A stretch of DNA of 64,000 bases from a virus. This document shows, piece after piece, positions 9,822 through 19,743 of the stretch. Position numbers and translations under genes: made by a program. How positions within the stretch are numbered: the first letter of the stretch is position 1; the number at the start of each line of letters is the position of its first letter. The stretch covers positions 1 to 64,000 of the IMG/VR virus record IMGVR_UViG_3300027659_000027; one strand, written 5' to 3'. The notes under the pieces were generated by a model, which saw nothing but the letters and a program-made list of their open reading frames with translations, was not told where the DNA came from and made no database searches.

Positions 9822-12539
9822 ATGGCAGTACATAACGAAGAGGTACAGGAGATGCACTCAGGTTTCACAAAAGGAATCGAGGAATCTGCTGTCGGACTGA
9901 TCATGGAGAACCTGCAAAGGTACCAGTATCAGTACCCAATTAAAAGCACGGTGCGCGAGATTGTCTGCAATGGAATTGATTCCGTAGCAGACAAGAACGT
10001 AGCACTACAAATACTCGATGGAGCTCCGGTGGAGAACTTCTTCGAGGAGAAAGAAGGCCCTCTTTATCAAGATAGTAAATGGGATCCTACGTACTATGAC
10101 CCACAATGGTTAAGCGACGACGACAAAGTGTATATCACTTACATAGAGGGAGAAAACCAGGAAAAGAATTCCATAGTCATACAAGACTTTGGTACAGGGC
10201 TGGGGGGTAAAAGATTAAGAGGGTACTTTAATCTCGGATGGTCGACAAAGAGATTGAGCAAGCTGCCACTGGGTAAGTTTGGGATCGGAGCCAAGTCAGC
10301 GTTATCCGTAGGTGTGAAATTCTACACTATGGAAAGTCGCTACAATGGTATGAAGTTTCGCTTCAACATCTACAGCTCGAGTGTGGACAGCATTGTACCT
10401 TCCATGAATTTGGAGACTGGTGCAGCTAACCCATTTGTACTGTTTGGTGAGCACAAGGTTCACTACCTGCCAACGCAGGAGAAGAACGGTGTGACCGTTA
10501 CCATTGAAGCAAAGAAACACCACAAGCAGCAGTACATTGACGCCGTTAAGACGCAGTTGCTGTACTTTCAGAACATCGAGTTCAACGTAATTGACGAAGG
10601 TGGCCGTAAGAACCTCGTAGAGTACAAGGCTGGCATCATTTACGAAGATGACTTCATTGTACTGTCAGACAACAAGATGTGGTCAAAGCCACATCTGTTA
10701 CTCAATAAGGTTAACTACGGGTACATAGATTGGGAAGAACTGGAGATGACGCCAAAAAACGGTAACATTGGAATCAAAGTAGATCCTTCGGACATCGAAG
10801 TTAATCCAAGCCGTGAATCAGTAATTTGGTCTGAGACAACCAAGGAGATGGTGGCCAAGCGTTTTAAGAACGTAGTGGACATAGCTACAGACTTCGTACA
10901 AAAAGAGATGGAGGAAACTGACTTTGTGAGGTGGATCAGGGTTTGTATGCAGTTGAATAACAATCATTCTGGTACTTCAATTGTCGCCAGGCTTGCAAAC
11001 ATCATTGACCTGTCAGAGGTACGCCCTCACTTTCCGCCAGACCAGTCTATCCGATTTGGCACCAACATTTTCCAGTGCTTTAGCATGAGGTTCTTTAACT
11101 ACGCCCACAAAACCAAGGCCGGTAAGAACATGAAAAAGGTGGACAGGGAAGATATTGAGTCCATCACCTACCACAGCCTGCACCCTATCGTACTTATGGA
11201 TGAGGTAGTATCTGTTCGCAAGGACAAATACCTGCTCCAGAAGGTGTATAACAATGGGTTTGTGGGAATCCGAGCGCCAAAGTGGATTGACGATGGCTAT
11301 AACGCTGAGTCACTACTTACTGAGGATGCTCTTGTACAACTTAACATCGGGTTCACAGAGTTTGGCATCTCCTCAGCGTCGCACGCAAGTATCAAGAACG
11401 CGAAGTCGAATGTACGCAGTGCAGCAGCTCTTTGGGAGTGGTTACAGAAGTCAGCTGAGGTTGTTATGTACAGTGACATTGAAGTACCTGAAGACTTTGT
11501 GTGCGATGAGAACGACGAGGAAGAGGTAATCGAAACCGAAGAGGACGAGGTTGTAGCCAAAGAGGCTGCAGTATCAGCTGAAGACCGCCGCAGGGTGGAA
11601 GGTAAGACGGTACTGTTCACGCCAAGGTACTCATTCGGATACAGGGACAGAGTAAACGACGATACCAAGTTCTACTCCTTCGACAAGAAAGAGGTGAAGG
11701 TGTCGGAGATCAGTGAGTGGGATCAGGAAGAGATATTCTACGGGTGTGACGAGGACATGGAAACAATGCACCTTGCTGCTTTCCTTACTCGTGACCCTTC
11801 CGCAGAGTTGAACAACGTAGATGTTCGTGACTATCACTGGTATGGCAGTCAACTACGCATTATCAAGGTGGCACAGTCTAACCGGAGAATGTACCGGGAT
11901 TTCAAACACATATCCAAGTTCTTCCTGGATGTGAAAAACGGCAAACTCTTTATGAGCAACGCACTTATACGCTGGAATACAGCACGCTTGCTGGGCGTTA
12001 AACTCAAGCAACTTGCCTACCTGTGGAACTACGAGGTATTTGACAAGGAGAAAGCTGACAAGTTCGCTGTACTGGTACAATATGTACGGGATAACTACAA
12101 CGAAGTTGAGTATCACGCTCATTCCAAGTACGGAGTTACTCAGGACGCTTACAAGGCGCTCATTCAGCACCTGGATAACGTACAGCAGTTTCAGATTATG
12201 GTTGAAGCAGGGGCTTCTTCTGAAGACGTGGCAGCTGTTGCTACACAGATGTTCGGTAACCCTAAAGTACAGGATGCAGCCTTGGCTGTTGACCCTGAGA
12301 TATGGGCATCGTTCACTGAGCTGATGGAGTACTCCGGTTCTATCTCACCTCTGTTAAACGAGATTAGGATATTAACCGGTTTACCACAGGCGGACACACT
12401 GGATGAGGATGATGACCCGGATGACGTAGCTGAGGAAACTGACAAGTACCTTCAGTTCGTTGACCGGATCAAGCTCCCTATACCCGCAAAGGTGGAGCAA
12501 GAGATACGTGGCTTCCTGCAGTGGAAGGGCGTATCGTAA
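9822..12539 (+). CDS. rIIA: rIIA-like protein with N-terminal GHKL ATPase
   Basis: REIVCNGIDS, IQDFGTGL, STKR, GKFGIGAKS, NPSRES; adjacent rIIB-like gene. Confidence 0.85.
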   Translation: MAVHNEEVQEMHSGFTKGIEESAVGLIMENLQRYQYQYPIKSTVREIVCNGIDSVADKNVALQILDGAPVENFFEEKEGPLYQDSKWDPTYYDPQWLSDDDKVYITYIEGENQEKNSIVIQDFGTGLGGKRLRGYFNLGWSTKRLSKLPLGKFGIGAKSALSVGVKFYTMESRYNGMKFRFNIYSSSVDSIVPSMNLETGAANPFVLFGEHKVHYLPTQEKNGVTVTIEAKKHHKQQYIDAVKTQLLYFQNIEFNVIDEGGRKNLVEYKAGIIYEDDFIVLSDNKMWSKPHLLLNKVNYGYIDWEELEMTPKNGNIGIKVDPSDIEVNPSRESVIWSETTKEMVAKRFKNVVDIATDFVQKEMEETDFVRWIRVCMQLNNNHSGTSIVARLANIIDLSEVRPHFPPDQSIRFGTNIFQCFSMRFFNYAHKTKAGKNMKKVDREDIESITYHSLHPIVLMDEVVSVRKDKYLLQKVYNNGFVGIRAPKWIDDGYNAESLLTEDALVQLNIGFTEFGISSASHASIKNAKSNVRSAAALWEWLQKSAEVVMYSDIEVPEDFVCDENDEEEVIETEEDEVVAKEAAVSAEDRRRVEGKTVLFTPRYSFGYRDRVNDDTKFYSFDKKEVKVSEISEWDQEEIFYGCDEDMETMHLAAFLTRDPSAELNNVDVRDYHWYGSQLRIIKVAQSNRRMYRDFKHISKFFLDVKNGKLFMSNALIRWNTARLLGVKLKQLAYLWNYEVFDKEKADKFAVLVQYVRDNYNEVEYHAHSKYGVTQDAYKALIQHLDNVQQFQIMVEAGASSEDVAAVATQMFGNPKVQDAALAVDPEIWASFTELMEYSGSISPLLNEIRILTGLPQADTLDEDDDPDDVAEETDKYLQFVDRIKLPIPAKVEQEIRGFLQWKGVS

Positions 12540-12573
12540 TGAGCACACAATATTTATCACCAATAAATCGACC

Positions 12574-13755
12574 ATGAGCATGATCATCGTGAACAGAATC
12601 GGAGACACGATCTCCGGATCAGTAAACAGCAAACAATTCGGCGTTACTTACTCTGATGAGAAGTACAAACTGATGAAAGAGCTGGAAGAAAGAGCTAATA
12701 CTGTTGAGCAGATGGATGAACTACAAGCCATAGTGGCTGAGTTCATACCACTTACCAAAGAAAGCTACAAAGAGCTGGTAGAAGCAGCAACACCGTACCT
12801 GCACGTTAACAAAGCCACCAACAAGTACTATTTGAAGTACAACGACGTGGTATCAAAGAAGGACATCCCGCAGGCTCTGGTGGACAAGATACTTATCTCT
12901 GTTGAGAAGGGAATCGACATCACCCCACTGATCAAATGCTGGGTACGTTTCCTTCGTAACCCAAATTTCACCGACCTAAAGGCGAAGAAATTCGCTGAGT
13001 ACATCACTGCCCCATACCTTAACAAGGATATGGCAGCTAAGCTGATGAGAGAAAGCGGAGTAAGCCAGGAGTTGGCCGATCAGTTGGCTACAACCAACCA
13101 GGTTGCCATCACCATCGAAGGCCTTTTAGTAGGGTACAAAGCCAGTAAGGAGATCCTTACCCGCTATGACCTGAACGAAGGTCAGGAAGTGGTTACGAAA
13201 AGCCGGTACACCAAGAGTGTTGACCCTGATACAGGAGCCATCACTTACGCTGAGCCGGAGTTCGTTGAGGACAGGTTATTTGAGCCGGCAGTTGTTGGCC
13301 AGAGCCATGATGCCTTCAACTGCGTGCACAACGGAGTTGACAAACCCGGCCATCACATACGTGTAGGTTGTCTGCATTACCTGCCAAGTTGGGATCAGGT
13401 GGACTGCAACGACAATCACAGCTGTGTTAAAGGGCTTCATTGTGGTGGGCTGAATTACATTCAGGGCTACCAGTCTGAAGGTACTGTTACCCATAACATC
13501 TTCATTGACCCATCTGACATTGGCGCCATCATCGGTACCGGTTATGGCAATGACGGTGCTATGCGTGTACGCAGGTACTTTGTACATTCTTCTTTCGCCG
13601 GTGTTAACAAGAACATCTACCACAGCAGCAAGTTTGCGGCTATGACTGATGGTGAGTATGTTAAGAGCCTGGAGGAAGTGGTGAACAAGTTCCAGACTGC
13701 GAAGGCTGACATCGACAGTAAGATTGACGAGGCTAACGCCATCGCAACAATATAA
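12574..13755 (+). CDS. rIIB: rIIB-like protein (start reassigned to ATG 12574)
   Basis: WVRFLRNPN, ITIEGLLVGYK, VDCNDNHSCVKGLHCG..Y, IDPSDI, MRVRRY. Confidence 0.85.
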   Translation: MSMIIVNRIGDTISGSVNSKQFGVTYSDEKYKLMKELEERANTVEQMDELQAIVAEFIPLTKESYKELVEAATPYLHVNKATNKYYLKYNDVVSKKDIPQALVDKILISVEKGIDITPLIKCWVRFLRNPNFTDLKAKKFAEYITAPYLNKDMAAKLMRESGVSQELADQLATTNQVAITIEGLLVGYKASKEILTRYDLNEGQEVVTKSRYTKSVDPDTGAITYAEPEFVEDRLFEPAVVGQSHDAFNCVHNGVDKPGHHIRVGCLHYLPSWDQVDCNDNHSCVKGLHCGGLNYIQGYQSEGTVTHNIFIDPSDIGAIIGTGYGNDGAMRVRRYFVHSSFAGVNKNIYHSSKFAAMTDGEYVKSLEEVVNKFQTAKADIDSKIDEANAIATI

Positions 13756-13760
13756 ACCCT

Positions 13761-13795
13761 AACTGGGGTGACGGTAATGACCGGCCCCAGTTTAC
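13761..13795 (+). terminator. Hairpin after rIIB (possible terminator or processing site)
   Basis: AACTGGGG...CCCCAGTT inverted repeat with a short T tail. Confidence 0.45.
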
Positions 13796-13809
13796 TTAAC
13801 CCCTAACCT

Positions 13810-14256
13810 ATGGCTACAATAGCACCAGTTGTAAAGAAGACAAACGGAAAACGGAACAGAGCTGCCGGCCACAAGTACGAGACGGATACAGCCAAACTCT
13901 TTCGGGAGATAGGCTTTCACCATGTCGTTACTTCCAGATCCTGTAACAGGGCCAGGGACAACCAGAAAGTGGATCTGTGCAACTCCGACGAGCTTGTACA
14001 AGGTAGGCTTCCTTACAACATACAGAACAAGTGCGAGACCAAACCGGTAGCGTACGGTAAACTGCTGGAAGAGATGCCCAGTGATGGGGCCGCTATGAAT
14101 GTGGTCTTTCACAGGCAGACAGCTAAAACCAAAGCCGGCATATTCAAAGTACGTGGAGAGTACGCCATCATGAAGCAGGCAGACTTCATTGCATTGATCC
14201 GGGAGCTTGAATCGCTGAGGCCATTTGCCGCCCAGCATAAACAACAACGAGCATGA
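13810..14256 (+). CDS. PD-(D/E)XK nuclease, Holliday junction resolvase-like
   Basis: GHKYE...KVDL...NIQNK motif arrangement. Confidence 0.75.
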   Translation: MATIAPVVKKTNGKRNRAAGHKYETDTAKLFREIGFHHVVTSRSCNRARDNQKVDLCNSDELVQGRLPYNIQNKCETKPVAYGKLLEEMPSDGAAMNVVFHRQTAKTKAGIFKVRGEYAIMKQADFIALIRELESLRPFAAQHKQQRA

Positions 14257-15089
14257 CAGCACTAATAGATGCAGATAGCATTGTATGGATCATTGCGTAC
14301 AATTACAGAGACGAAGATGTCATTGCCGAGAGTGTGGTGAAGGGTAGCTGCGATGATTTCATCAGCTCTATCCTTACGCTAACGCAGGCAGACAGGTACT
14401 TGGGAGTATTCTCTTCGAGCATGAACTTTCGTCACCTGTTGTATAAGTACCAGCCGTACAAGGGGCACAGACCCCCAAAGCCTGACTTCATAGTTAAGTG
14501 GGCTGATATTATCAAGCAGCACTTTACTGAGAAATGGGGCTTCTACACGAGTCCGAACCTTGAAGCGGATGACATTGTAGTAGCTATCGCTGCGGACAAA
14601 TCAACCGAACAGTACATCATTTGTACACCGGATAAGGACTTGAAGCAAGTGGCCGGCTTGTTCTTCGATTACAAGAAGAACGAAGGTATTGAGGAGCTTA
14701 CTCCGTTGCAGGCTTGCGTGAATCTGTGGGCACAGGTACTAACCGGTGACACCACCGATAACATTGCAGGGCTGCCAGGTCTTGGCGCAGTAAAAGTGAA
14801 CAAGCTATTCGAGGAAGCGGCAAAGTCCGAGGTCTTGAACGACGTCGTACTGATGCAGGTAGTGAAAGCTCAGTTCCTGAAGTACTATGGCCCCTTCTAC
14901 GGGGAAGAAATATACGTGCAGACATTATGCGCCGTCATGATGATCCAGCCAAATCACCCGCTCTGGAATCAGCACAAGGCTGAGACGCAGAGCATAAAGG
15001 AAACCTATGTCAGAAACACACCAGCCCTTGAAACAGGAGATGAGCTCGTACTCGATCAACTCGGATGGGACTCTCAGTTTGTCGCATGA
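14253..15089 (+). CDS. 5'-3' exonuclease (T7 gp6/PIN-like)
   Basis: LIDADS, YKGHR, LEADD, PDKDL, GDTTDNIAGLPGLG. Confidence 0.9.
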   Translation: MTALIDADSIVWIIAYNYRDEDVIAESVVKGSCDDFISSILTLTQADRYLGVFSSSMNFRHLLYKYQPYKGHRPPKPDFIVKWADIIKQHFTEKWGFYTSPNLEADDIVVAIAADKSTEQYIICTPDKDLKQVAGLFFDYKKNEGIEELTPLQACVNLWAQVLTGDTTDNIAGLPGLGAVKVNKLFEEAAKSEVLNDVVLMQVVKAQFLKYYGPFYGEEIYVQTLCAVMMIQPNHPLWNQHKAETQSIKETYVRNTPALETGDELVLDQLGWDSQFVA

Positions 15090-15657
15090 GGATCAGTACA
15101 TTTGTAATATGGGTAAAGAGGAACTAATAGCAGAACTGCACAGAGAGAACCTCTGTACGTACTTTGTTCTACCGTTGCTTAAACTCAACAAGAGCAGGTT
15201 CGTTGACGATTCCAATTTCATCGACAGCTATATTAACGCTGCAGGTAGTAGTATCTACGTAAAAGTGAATGACCTCACTTTCTTCGAGCACAGAATGGTA
15301 ATGCACCCGCAATACCAGGCTAAGTGGGAAGATAATGAAGGCTTTCAGTACGTAGAGTACAGCATCCCTTTCAATTGGCAGAAGGATATGGCCTTATTCA
15401 TCAAGGGTAAGTACAGTTCTATGTCAGAGGAGGCGAAAATTATGATACGTACTAACTCCGGTTTGCAGTTCAGGGAACGCCGGAAGTCAGACAACATGAT
15501 TATCACTGATGTACGACTACTTGCACTTGACTTAAGTGCAGCTGTTAGAGAGATGTGGGAAGACCACTATGGCATGACGTTACGTAATGACCAGGAGTTA
15601 CTGTCTGTCCCATTGGAGAGATCGTTCATAGAAAGTATACCACTCAACAGAGTGTAA
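15040..15657 (+). CDS. Hypothetical protein (start uncertain: 15007, 15040 or 15109)
   Basis: Last ORF of the + block before the terminator. Confidence 0.7.
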   Translation: MSSYSINSDGTLSLSHEDQYICNMGKEELIAELHRENLCTYFVLPLLKLNKSRFVDDSNFIDSYINAAGSSIYVKVNDLTFFEHRMVMHPQYQAKWEDNEGFQYVEYSIPFNWQKDMALFIKGKYSSMSEEAKIMIRTNSGLQFRERRKSDNMIITDVRLLALDLSAAVREMWEDHYGMTLRNDQELLSVPLERSFIESIPLNRV

Positions 15658-15670
15658 ATGCAACGCATAC

Positions 15671-15710
15671 AAAAAGGGTAAGTAGCTTCGGCTGCTTACC
15701 CTTTTTTTTT
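15671..15710. terminator. Bidirectional intrinsic terminator between the convergent replication and late modules
   Basis: AAAAAGGGTAAGTAGC-TTCG-GCTGCTTACCC-T9; C(UUCG)G tetraloop with A and T tails on either side. Confidence 0.92.
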
Positions 15711-15723
15711 CTGCCCTCTCATC

Positions 15724-16713
15724 TTACCACTGATAGGCCCACTTCTTGTAGTAGCCCTTATCCTGGAATGAGATCCACTCCTGTTTAAAGCGTATCACTT
15801 TACCGTTAGTGTCCACGGTGAACTCTATTATCCACCCACCAATGTGAGCTGCAAGTCTTTTCTTACGCATGAATGGCGTCTGGTCTTCTGTACACCCGGT
15901 CTGAACTACGTGTACCCCACGGATGAAGTTGTAGCTGGACTTGTGGTAGTGCCCGTTAAACAGGATGTCCGGTACTTCAGCTTCCGTGTAACTCTCCACG
16001 ATCTTCTGCGAAGTGTACGATATAGCGTACGAAGAACCGCCACCCGGATGCAACACCCTGATTGTGGTTTTACCATTGGGTGCCTTAATCTCTACGTCCG
16101 CTTCCATGTGCCCTAAGTACTTAAGGTCATTACGGCCGGCAGCAATTGCCTTGTACTCTGCATACTTCCCGATGTCCACTCCTTCCCTCTGTGTGTACCA
16201 GCCCTCGTGGTCATCACCTGTAATGTAACTGGTGGTGATGCCCTCGCGTTGCGGGTAGTTCTTCACAAAGTAGTCGATCTGGTTATCCATGCCGTGTACA
16301 AGCAGGTCATGCTTATTGAACCTGGCCTCGCCATCAATCCAGTTACCGGTGTTGAACACCTGAGTGATACCCTCTTTCTCAAACACATCGTACAAGGCGT
16401 TAAGTACATCCATGCGCTCGTACCTGCTGCAAAGATGGTTGTCGCCAGTTGCCCCTATCTTGTAGGTACCGGCAGCCATACTATCCAGATTGATCTTGTG
16501 TACCGACTTGGGTATGAGATTGGAGTAGATAACCATAGTGCCTTGTATTGTGTACGTATGCCCAAGAGCTATACGATCCTTAATTAGCTGGCGTGCTTCA
16601 CGTACAGGAAGACCCAGCTCTACAGCCAGGTCTTTAGTGGTGTACACATCTCGCTTTGTGAACAGTTTTTTCAACTGTGTCGTAATCTCCTGTTCTTTGC
16701 TGATGTTAGTCAT
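15724..16713 (-). CDS. N-terminal wHTH fused to calcineurin-like metallophosphoesterase
   Basis: GDNH, TGNWIDG, TGDDHE, LHPGGG, GHYH; N-terminal TTKDLAVELGLPVREARQLI HTH. Confidence 0.85.
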   Translation of the reverse strand: MTNISKEQEITTQLKKLFTKRDVYTTKDLAVELGLPVREARQLIKDRIALGHTYTIQGTMVIYSNLIPKSVHKINLDSMAAGTYKIGATGDNHLCSRYERMDVLNALYDVFEKEGITQVFNTGNWIDGEARFNKHDLLVHGMDNQIDYFVKNYPQREGITTSYITGDDHEGWYTQREGVDIGKYAEYKAIAAGRNDLKYLGHMEADVEIKAPNGKTTIRVLHPGGGSSYAISYTSQKIVESYTEAEVPDILFNGHYHKSSYNFIRGVHVVQTGCTEDQTPFMRKKRLAAHIGGWIIEFTVDTNGKVIRFKQEWISFQDKGYYKKWAYQW

Positions 16714-16734
16714 AAGGGATATTGGGGTTAGTGA

Positions 16735-17415
16735 TTATTTCTGTTTGCCTATTCTCAAGCCTATAAGCTTGTACGTTATGCTCACGCCGGGTATCAGCTT
16801 CCACCCGGACATCGTGTACCCGTAGGTTAGTGATGGGCCGATGATTACGTTGGGCTGGTACCTCTTAACCCTAAAGGCTTCGATGTACTTAACCTTTGTG
16901 GCTGTGTCGTAGCTTACTACGTCTATAACCGGAGTTCTTTTTAGCCAACCTGACCTCTTTAAGTACTCGGTTATTGTCAAACTGTCGTACACTGGTATGT
17001 ACACATTCTTTGTTACTACTACAAGAGAGTCCCGGCCAGGTAGCCGAAGTGTGTCAGTCTTTGCGTACAAAGCAATGAGGCTGTCAAGGTTAAGGCTTTT
17101 AGTGGTCTTGAAGGTGGTAACACTCTGTATCTTACTCACCGGTACTCCAAGCTCCTTGACCTTTGTCAGAAGCAGGTTGGTGTACACAGTTTTTATAGTG
17201 TTGAGGTCGGTTTCCATTAACCGCACCTGTGCATGTACGTTATTGTATCTGTCCCGATAGTAGCTTGTACTGTCTTTGTAGGTGGTAACGGTTGTCTGCT
17301 CGCTTGTACTGGTTAGTCTTTTGCAGCTCCTTATTTGTAGGTAAACTAATAAAGCTACAGCGACTACCAGTGGGATTCGTATGTAGCTCCATACTGTGTC
17401 TAACATTTTGGGCAT
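16735..17415 (-). CDS. Putative spanin-like membrane lysis protein
   Basis: N-terminal hydrophobic helix ending in RSC, coiled segment, C-terminal amphipathic beta strands; directly downstream of the endolysin. Confidence 0.6.
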   Translation of the reverse strand: MPKMLDTVWSYIRIPLVVAVALLVYLQIRSCKRLTSTSEQTTVTTYKDSTSYYRDRYNNVHAQVRLMETDLNTIKTVYTNLLLTKVKELGVPVSKIQSVTTFKTTKSLNLDSLIALYAKTDTLRLPGRDSLVVVTKNVYIPVYDSLTITEYLKRSGWLKRTPVIDVVSYDTATKVKYIEAFRVKRYQPNVIIGPSLTYGYTMSGWKLIPGVSITYKLIGLRIGKQK

Positions 17416-17419
17416 AGTG

Positions 17420-17863
17420 TTATGGTTTAGAGTCAATAATAGTGAGGTACACCTTGCCAGTTTTCTGGAAGGCATCAATCTTAATGCACAGGTCGTTCAT
17501 TGCAGAGGGGTCTCTGGTGAGCCTCTTATTGCCGTCAGTTTGATAGCTGATTATGGGACAGCCAGCGCTTGACCTGGCTGTAGTTCCGTTGTGTATACGT
17601 ATACCCTCAAAGTCAGGTACATTGAACACACCGGTAAGCCTGCGATTGAACCGGTTAGACCAGGTAACCAGCACAGGGTACCTGCCATAAGGTATCGCTG
17701 TTTCAGCGTACACCTTCAACAGTTTGTTCCAGAGTCCTGCTTTAGCTCTGACTTTGTCCTCAATGACGTGACAGAACCAATTTCCTCCTACGTAGAGGTT
17801 ACCTTCTGTACAGTCTTCGTGTTTGAACTTGCGCTCCAGTACGATCTCCAATACGTTGTTCAT
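17420..17863 (-). CDS. DUF5675-type L,D-peptidase-like putative endolysin
   Basis: TEGNLY...FCHVIED...TAIPYGRY...VPDFEGIRIHNG...SAGCPII (H-x-G...GC catalytic signature). Confidence 0.8.
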   Translation of the reverse strand: MNNVLEIVLERKFKHEDCTEGNLYVGGNWFCHVIEDKVRAKAGLWNKLLKVYAETAIPYGRYPVLVTWSNRFNRRLTGVFNVPDFEGIRIHNGTTARSSAGCPIISYQTDGNKRLTRDPSAMNDLCIKIDAFQKTGKVYLTIIDSKP

Positions 17864-17882
17864 AGTAGTAGGGTTGAAACGG

Positions 17883-18137
17883 TTACCACTTCCCTAATGG
17901 GCACCTCTTTGCGGGGCTCGCTGCGGCAGCGGCAAGTGGGCATTGACAGTGTCCACATTTGTATATGGAACCTGCCTTGTTTATGCTGTGGATTATAGCT
18001 ATTCCTGTCGGGGACAACTGCTCTTTGTACTCGCACCCGTCACAGATTTCGAGCCTTTCTTTTATCATAGGCTTGAAACTGTCAGGAGCAGTTACGAACA
18101 AGTACCAGCCAGTAGCTATCTCTGTAAGCTTACTCAT
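17883..18137 (-). CDS. Small Cys-rich metal-binding protein
   Basis: RLEICDGC...CGHCQCPL...CPLGKW. Confidence 0.7.
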   Translation of the reverse strand: MSKLTEIATGWYLFVTAPDSFKPMIKERLEICDGCEYKEQLSPTGIAIIHSINKAGSIYKCGHCQCPLAAAAASPAKRCPLGKW

Positions 18138-19432
18138 TACAGTGGTGGTGTTTTAGTGAAGAAAGTAGTGGCTACCTCAATTACAAATAAGGCTTCAAAA
18201 TCCAATGTGGATGTCGGGAATACGAAGTCCGCTACGTCTATGAACGCCGTTACGTATATCTTGCCGTCCGGTGCTATCCTCAGGTTACATTTGTCGATCT
18301 TCTGTGTACCTATTATCAGACTTGAGCCGTATGTCTTTAGTGTACCATCAGCGTATGTAGTAGTCAGCGGTATCTGCACTGTAGTGCTCGGGAAGTATCC
18401 AACCGGCATTGTACCTATCTGTTTGTTGACCAGGTACGGTAATGGAACAGTAAGAGAGGTTAACGGGGTCAGGTCATCGAATAGGATGTACGCTGCCAGA
18501 TGCAGGCTGACCATGTTACCACCAAGTGCGTCAGAGATTGCTGCTACCTCGTTTATGGGCTCGTTGTTTACAGCGTCCCTGGCTACGGCAAAGGCTCCTT
18601 CCATTGTTACTGTATCGGTTGGGAATGTGGGAAAAGCTATTGATCCCGGTTCCCATTTAGCTGTACCAGTGTTGTATATTAAGGTTGAGCCATTAGCTGC
18701 AGCGTCCGCTGTTGGGGCTACATTAAGTAGCTCTCCTATTGAAGGCATATCGAATACACCACCAGCGCTTATCGTTTGTAAGGAAACAGAGATCACACGC
18801 CCGTACTTGTCAAGGGTTATCCTTGGTACTTGTGTGCTTGAGCCATAAGTACCAACCAAGGCATCATCAACAGTGGCCAAGTCAAAGGTTGAAGGCCCTG
18901 CTACACCGTCTCCGTTTGTTACTATGATACGACCTGCAGACCCTGCCACAGACTTAAGAGCCCATGTGTTTGTTGCTGTACGTATAAGATAACCTGTACC
19001 TACTAAAGCTTCAATAGCTGTGAGGTCTGGGCCAATACTTCCTGCGTCTGGTAAATCTTCTAAACTTATAGCAGTTACGTGCCCGGTTTCATTTACAGTA
19101 ACAACCATAAACTTCCCTTCAGTACTGTAAGACCCGGCTGCAATTCCACTTACTGCGTGGGATATTGCACCTGTAAGTCCGTTAAAATTTATTGGTGTAG
19201 TTCCACTTAAAGCTGCTCTGACTCTTGCAGGAGTAGAGTATGGGTTTGTTACTGAGTCTGCAACGTCGTCAGTAGTAAGTACTACTACTCCTTTCTTGCC
19301 ATTTACGGACTCAACACAACAACCCCCTGGGTCAATGGGTTCTGCTGACAAAGTAGACGATTGACTAAGTCCTCCAGTGGTACAGTTGTCTGCGTTCTCT
19401 TGTATTCCGAGGGGGTTATTATTGTTGGGCAT
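18137..19432 (-). CDS. Tail fibre-like protein
   Basis: VESVNGKKGVVVL, VTVNETGHVTA and GTYGSSTQVPRITLDKYGRV fibre repeats; C-terminal beta domain. Confidence 0.7.
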   Translation of the reverse strand: MPNNNNPLGIQENADNCTTGGLSQSSTLSAEPIDPGGCCVESVNGKKGVVVLTTDDVADSVTNPYSTPARVRAALSGTTPINFNGLTGAISHAVSGIAAGSYSTEGKFMVVTVNETGHVTAISLEDLPDAGSIGPDLTAIEALVGTGYLIRTATNTWALKSVAGSAGRIIVTNGDGVAGPSTFDLATVDDALVGTYGSSTQVPRITLDKYGRVISVSLQTISAGGVFDMPSIGELLNVAPTADAAANGSTLIYNTGTAKWEPGSIAFPTFPTDTVTMEGAFAVARDAVNNEPINEVAAISDALGGNMVSLHLAAYILFDDLTPLTSLTVPLPYLVNKQIGTMPVGYFPSTTVQIPLTTTYADGTLKTYGSSLIIGTQKIDKCNLRIAPDGKIYVTAFIDVADFVFPTSTLDFEALFVIEVATTFFTKTPPL

Positions 19433-19465
19433 GGTTCATAGGGTTTAAAGGATAAAAGACGGGTG

Positions 19466-19729
19466 TTACTTTGCAGAGCTGATTATAGTCTCTGCTTTAA
19501 TGCGGCCATACAAAGCCCATAAAGAGCCGATGCTGCTTAGTACAATACCAAGGATAGCTGGAAAGCTTCCGTTAGCGGCTTTAATTTGTGCTATTACAGC
19601 CTGTACCTGAGCTACATCTGCGTTAGCGGGAATTTCAACACCCGTGTTAATGCCGAAGTACAGACAAGCTGCTCCGATAACACTGATGAGGATTCCTCCG
19701 ATTGTCTTAGACTGATACCATTTTTTCAT
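19466..19729 (-). CDS. Putative holin (two TM helices)
   Basis: MKKWYQSKT start, two hydrophobic segments, YGRIKA end. Confidence 0.7.
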   Translation of the reverse strand: MKKWYQSKTIGGILISVIGAACLYFGINTGVEIPANADVAQVQAVIAQIKAANGSFPAILGIVLSSIGSLWALYGRIKAETIISSAK

Positions 19730-19743
19730 AGTATATAGGGGTT

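Noticed and set aside
12460-12573. Longer N-terminus of rIIB from the ORF track
   Set aside because: Overlaps rIIA; ATG 12574 has the typical A/C-rich leader
17416-17478. Longer N-terminus of the spanin-like ORF
   Set aside because: Overlaps the endolysin; CACT-ATG at 17415 fits the genome's leader pattern
17943-18848. 301-aa + strand ORF
   Set aside because: Antisense shadow of the tail fibre and Cys-rich genes; no motif or leader
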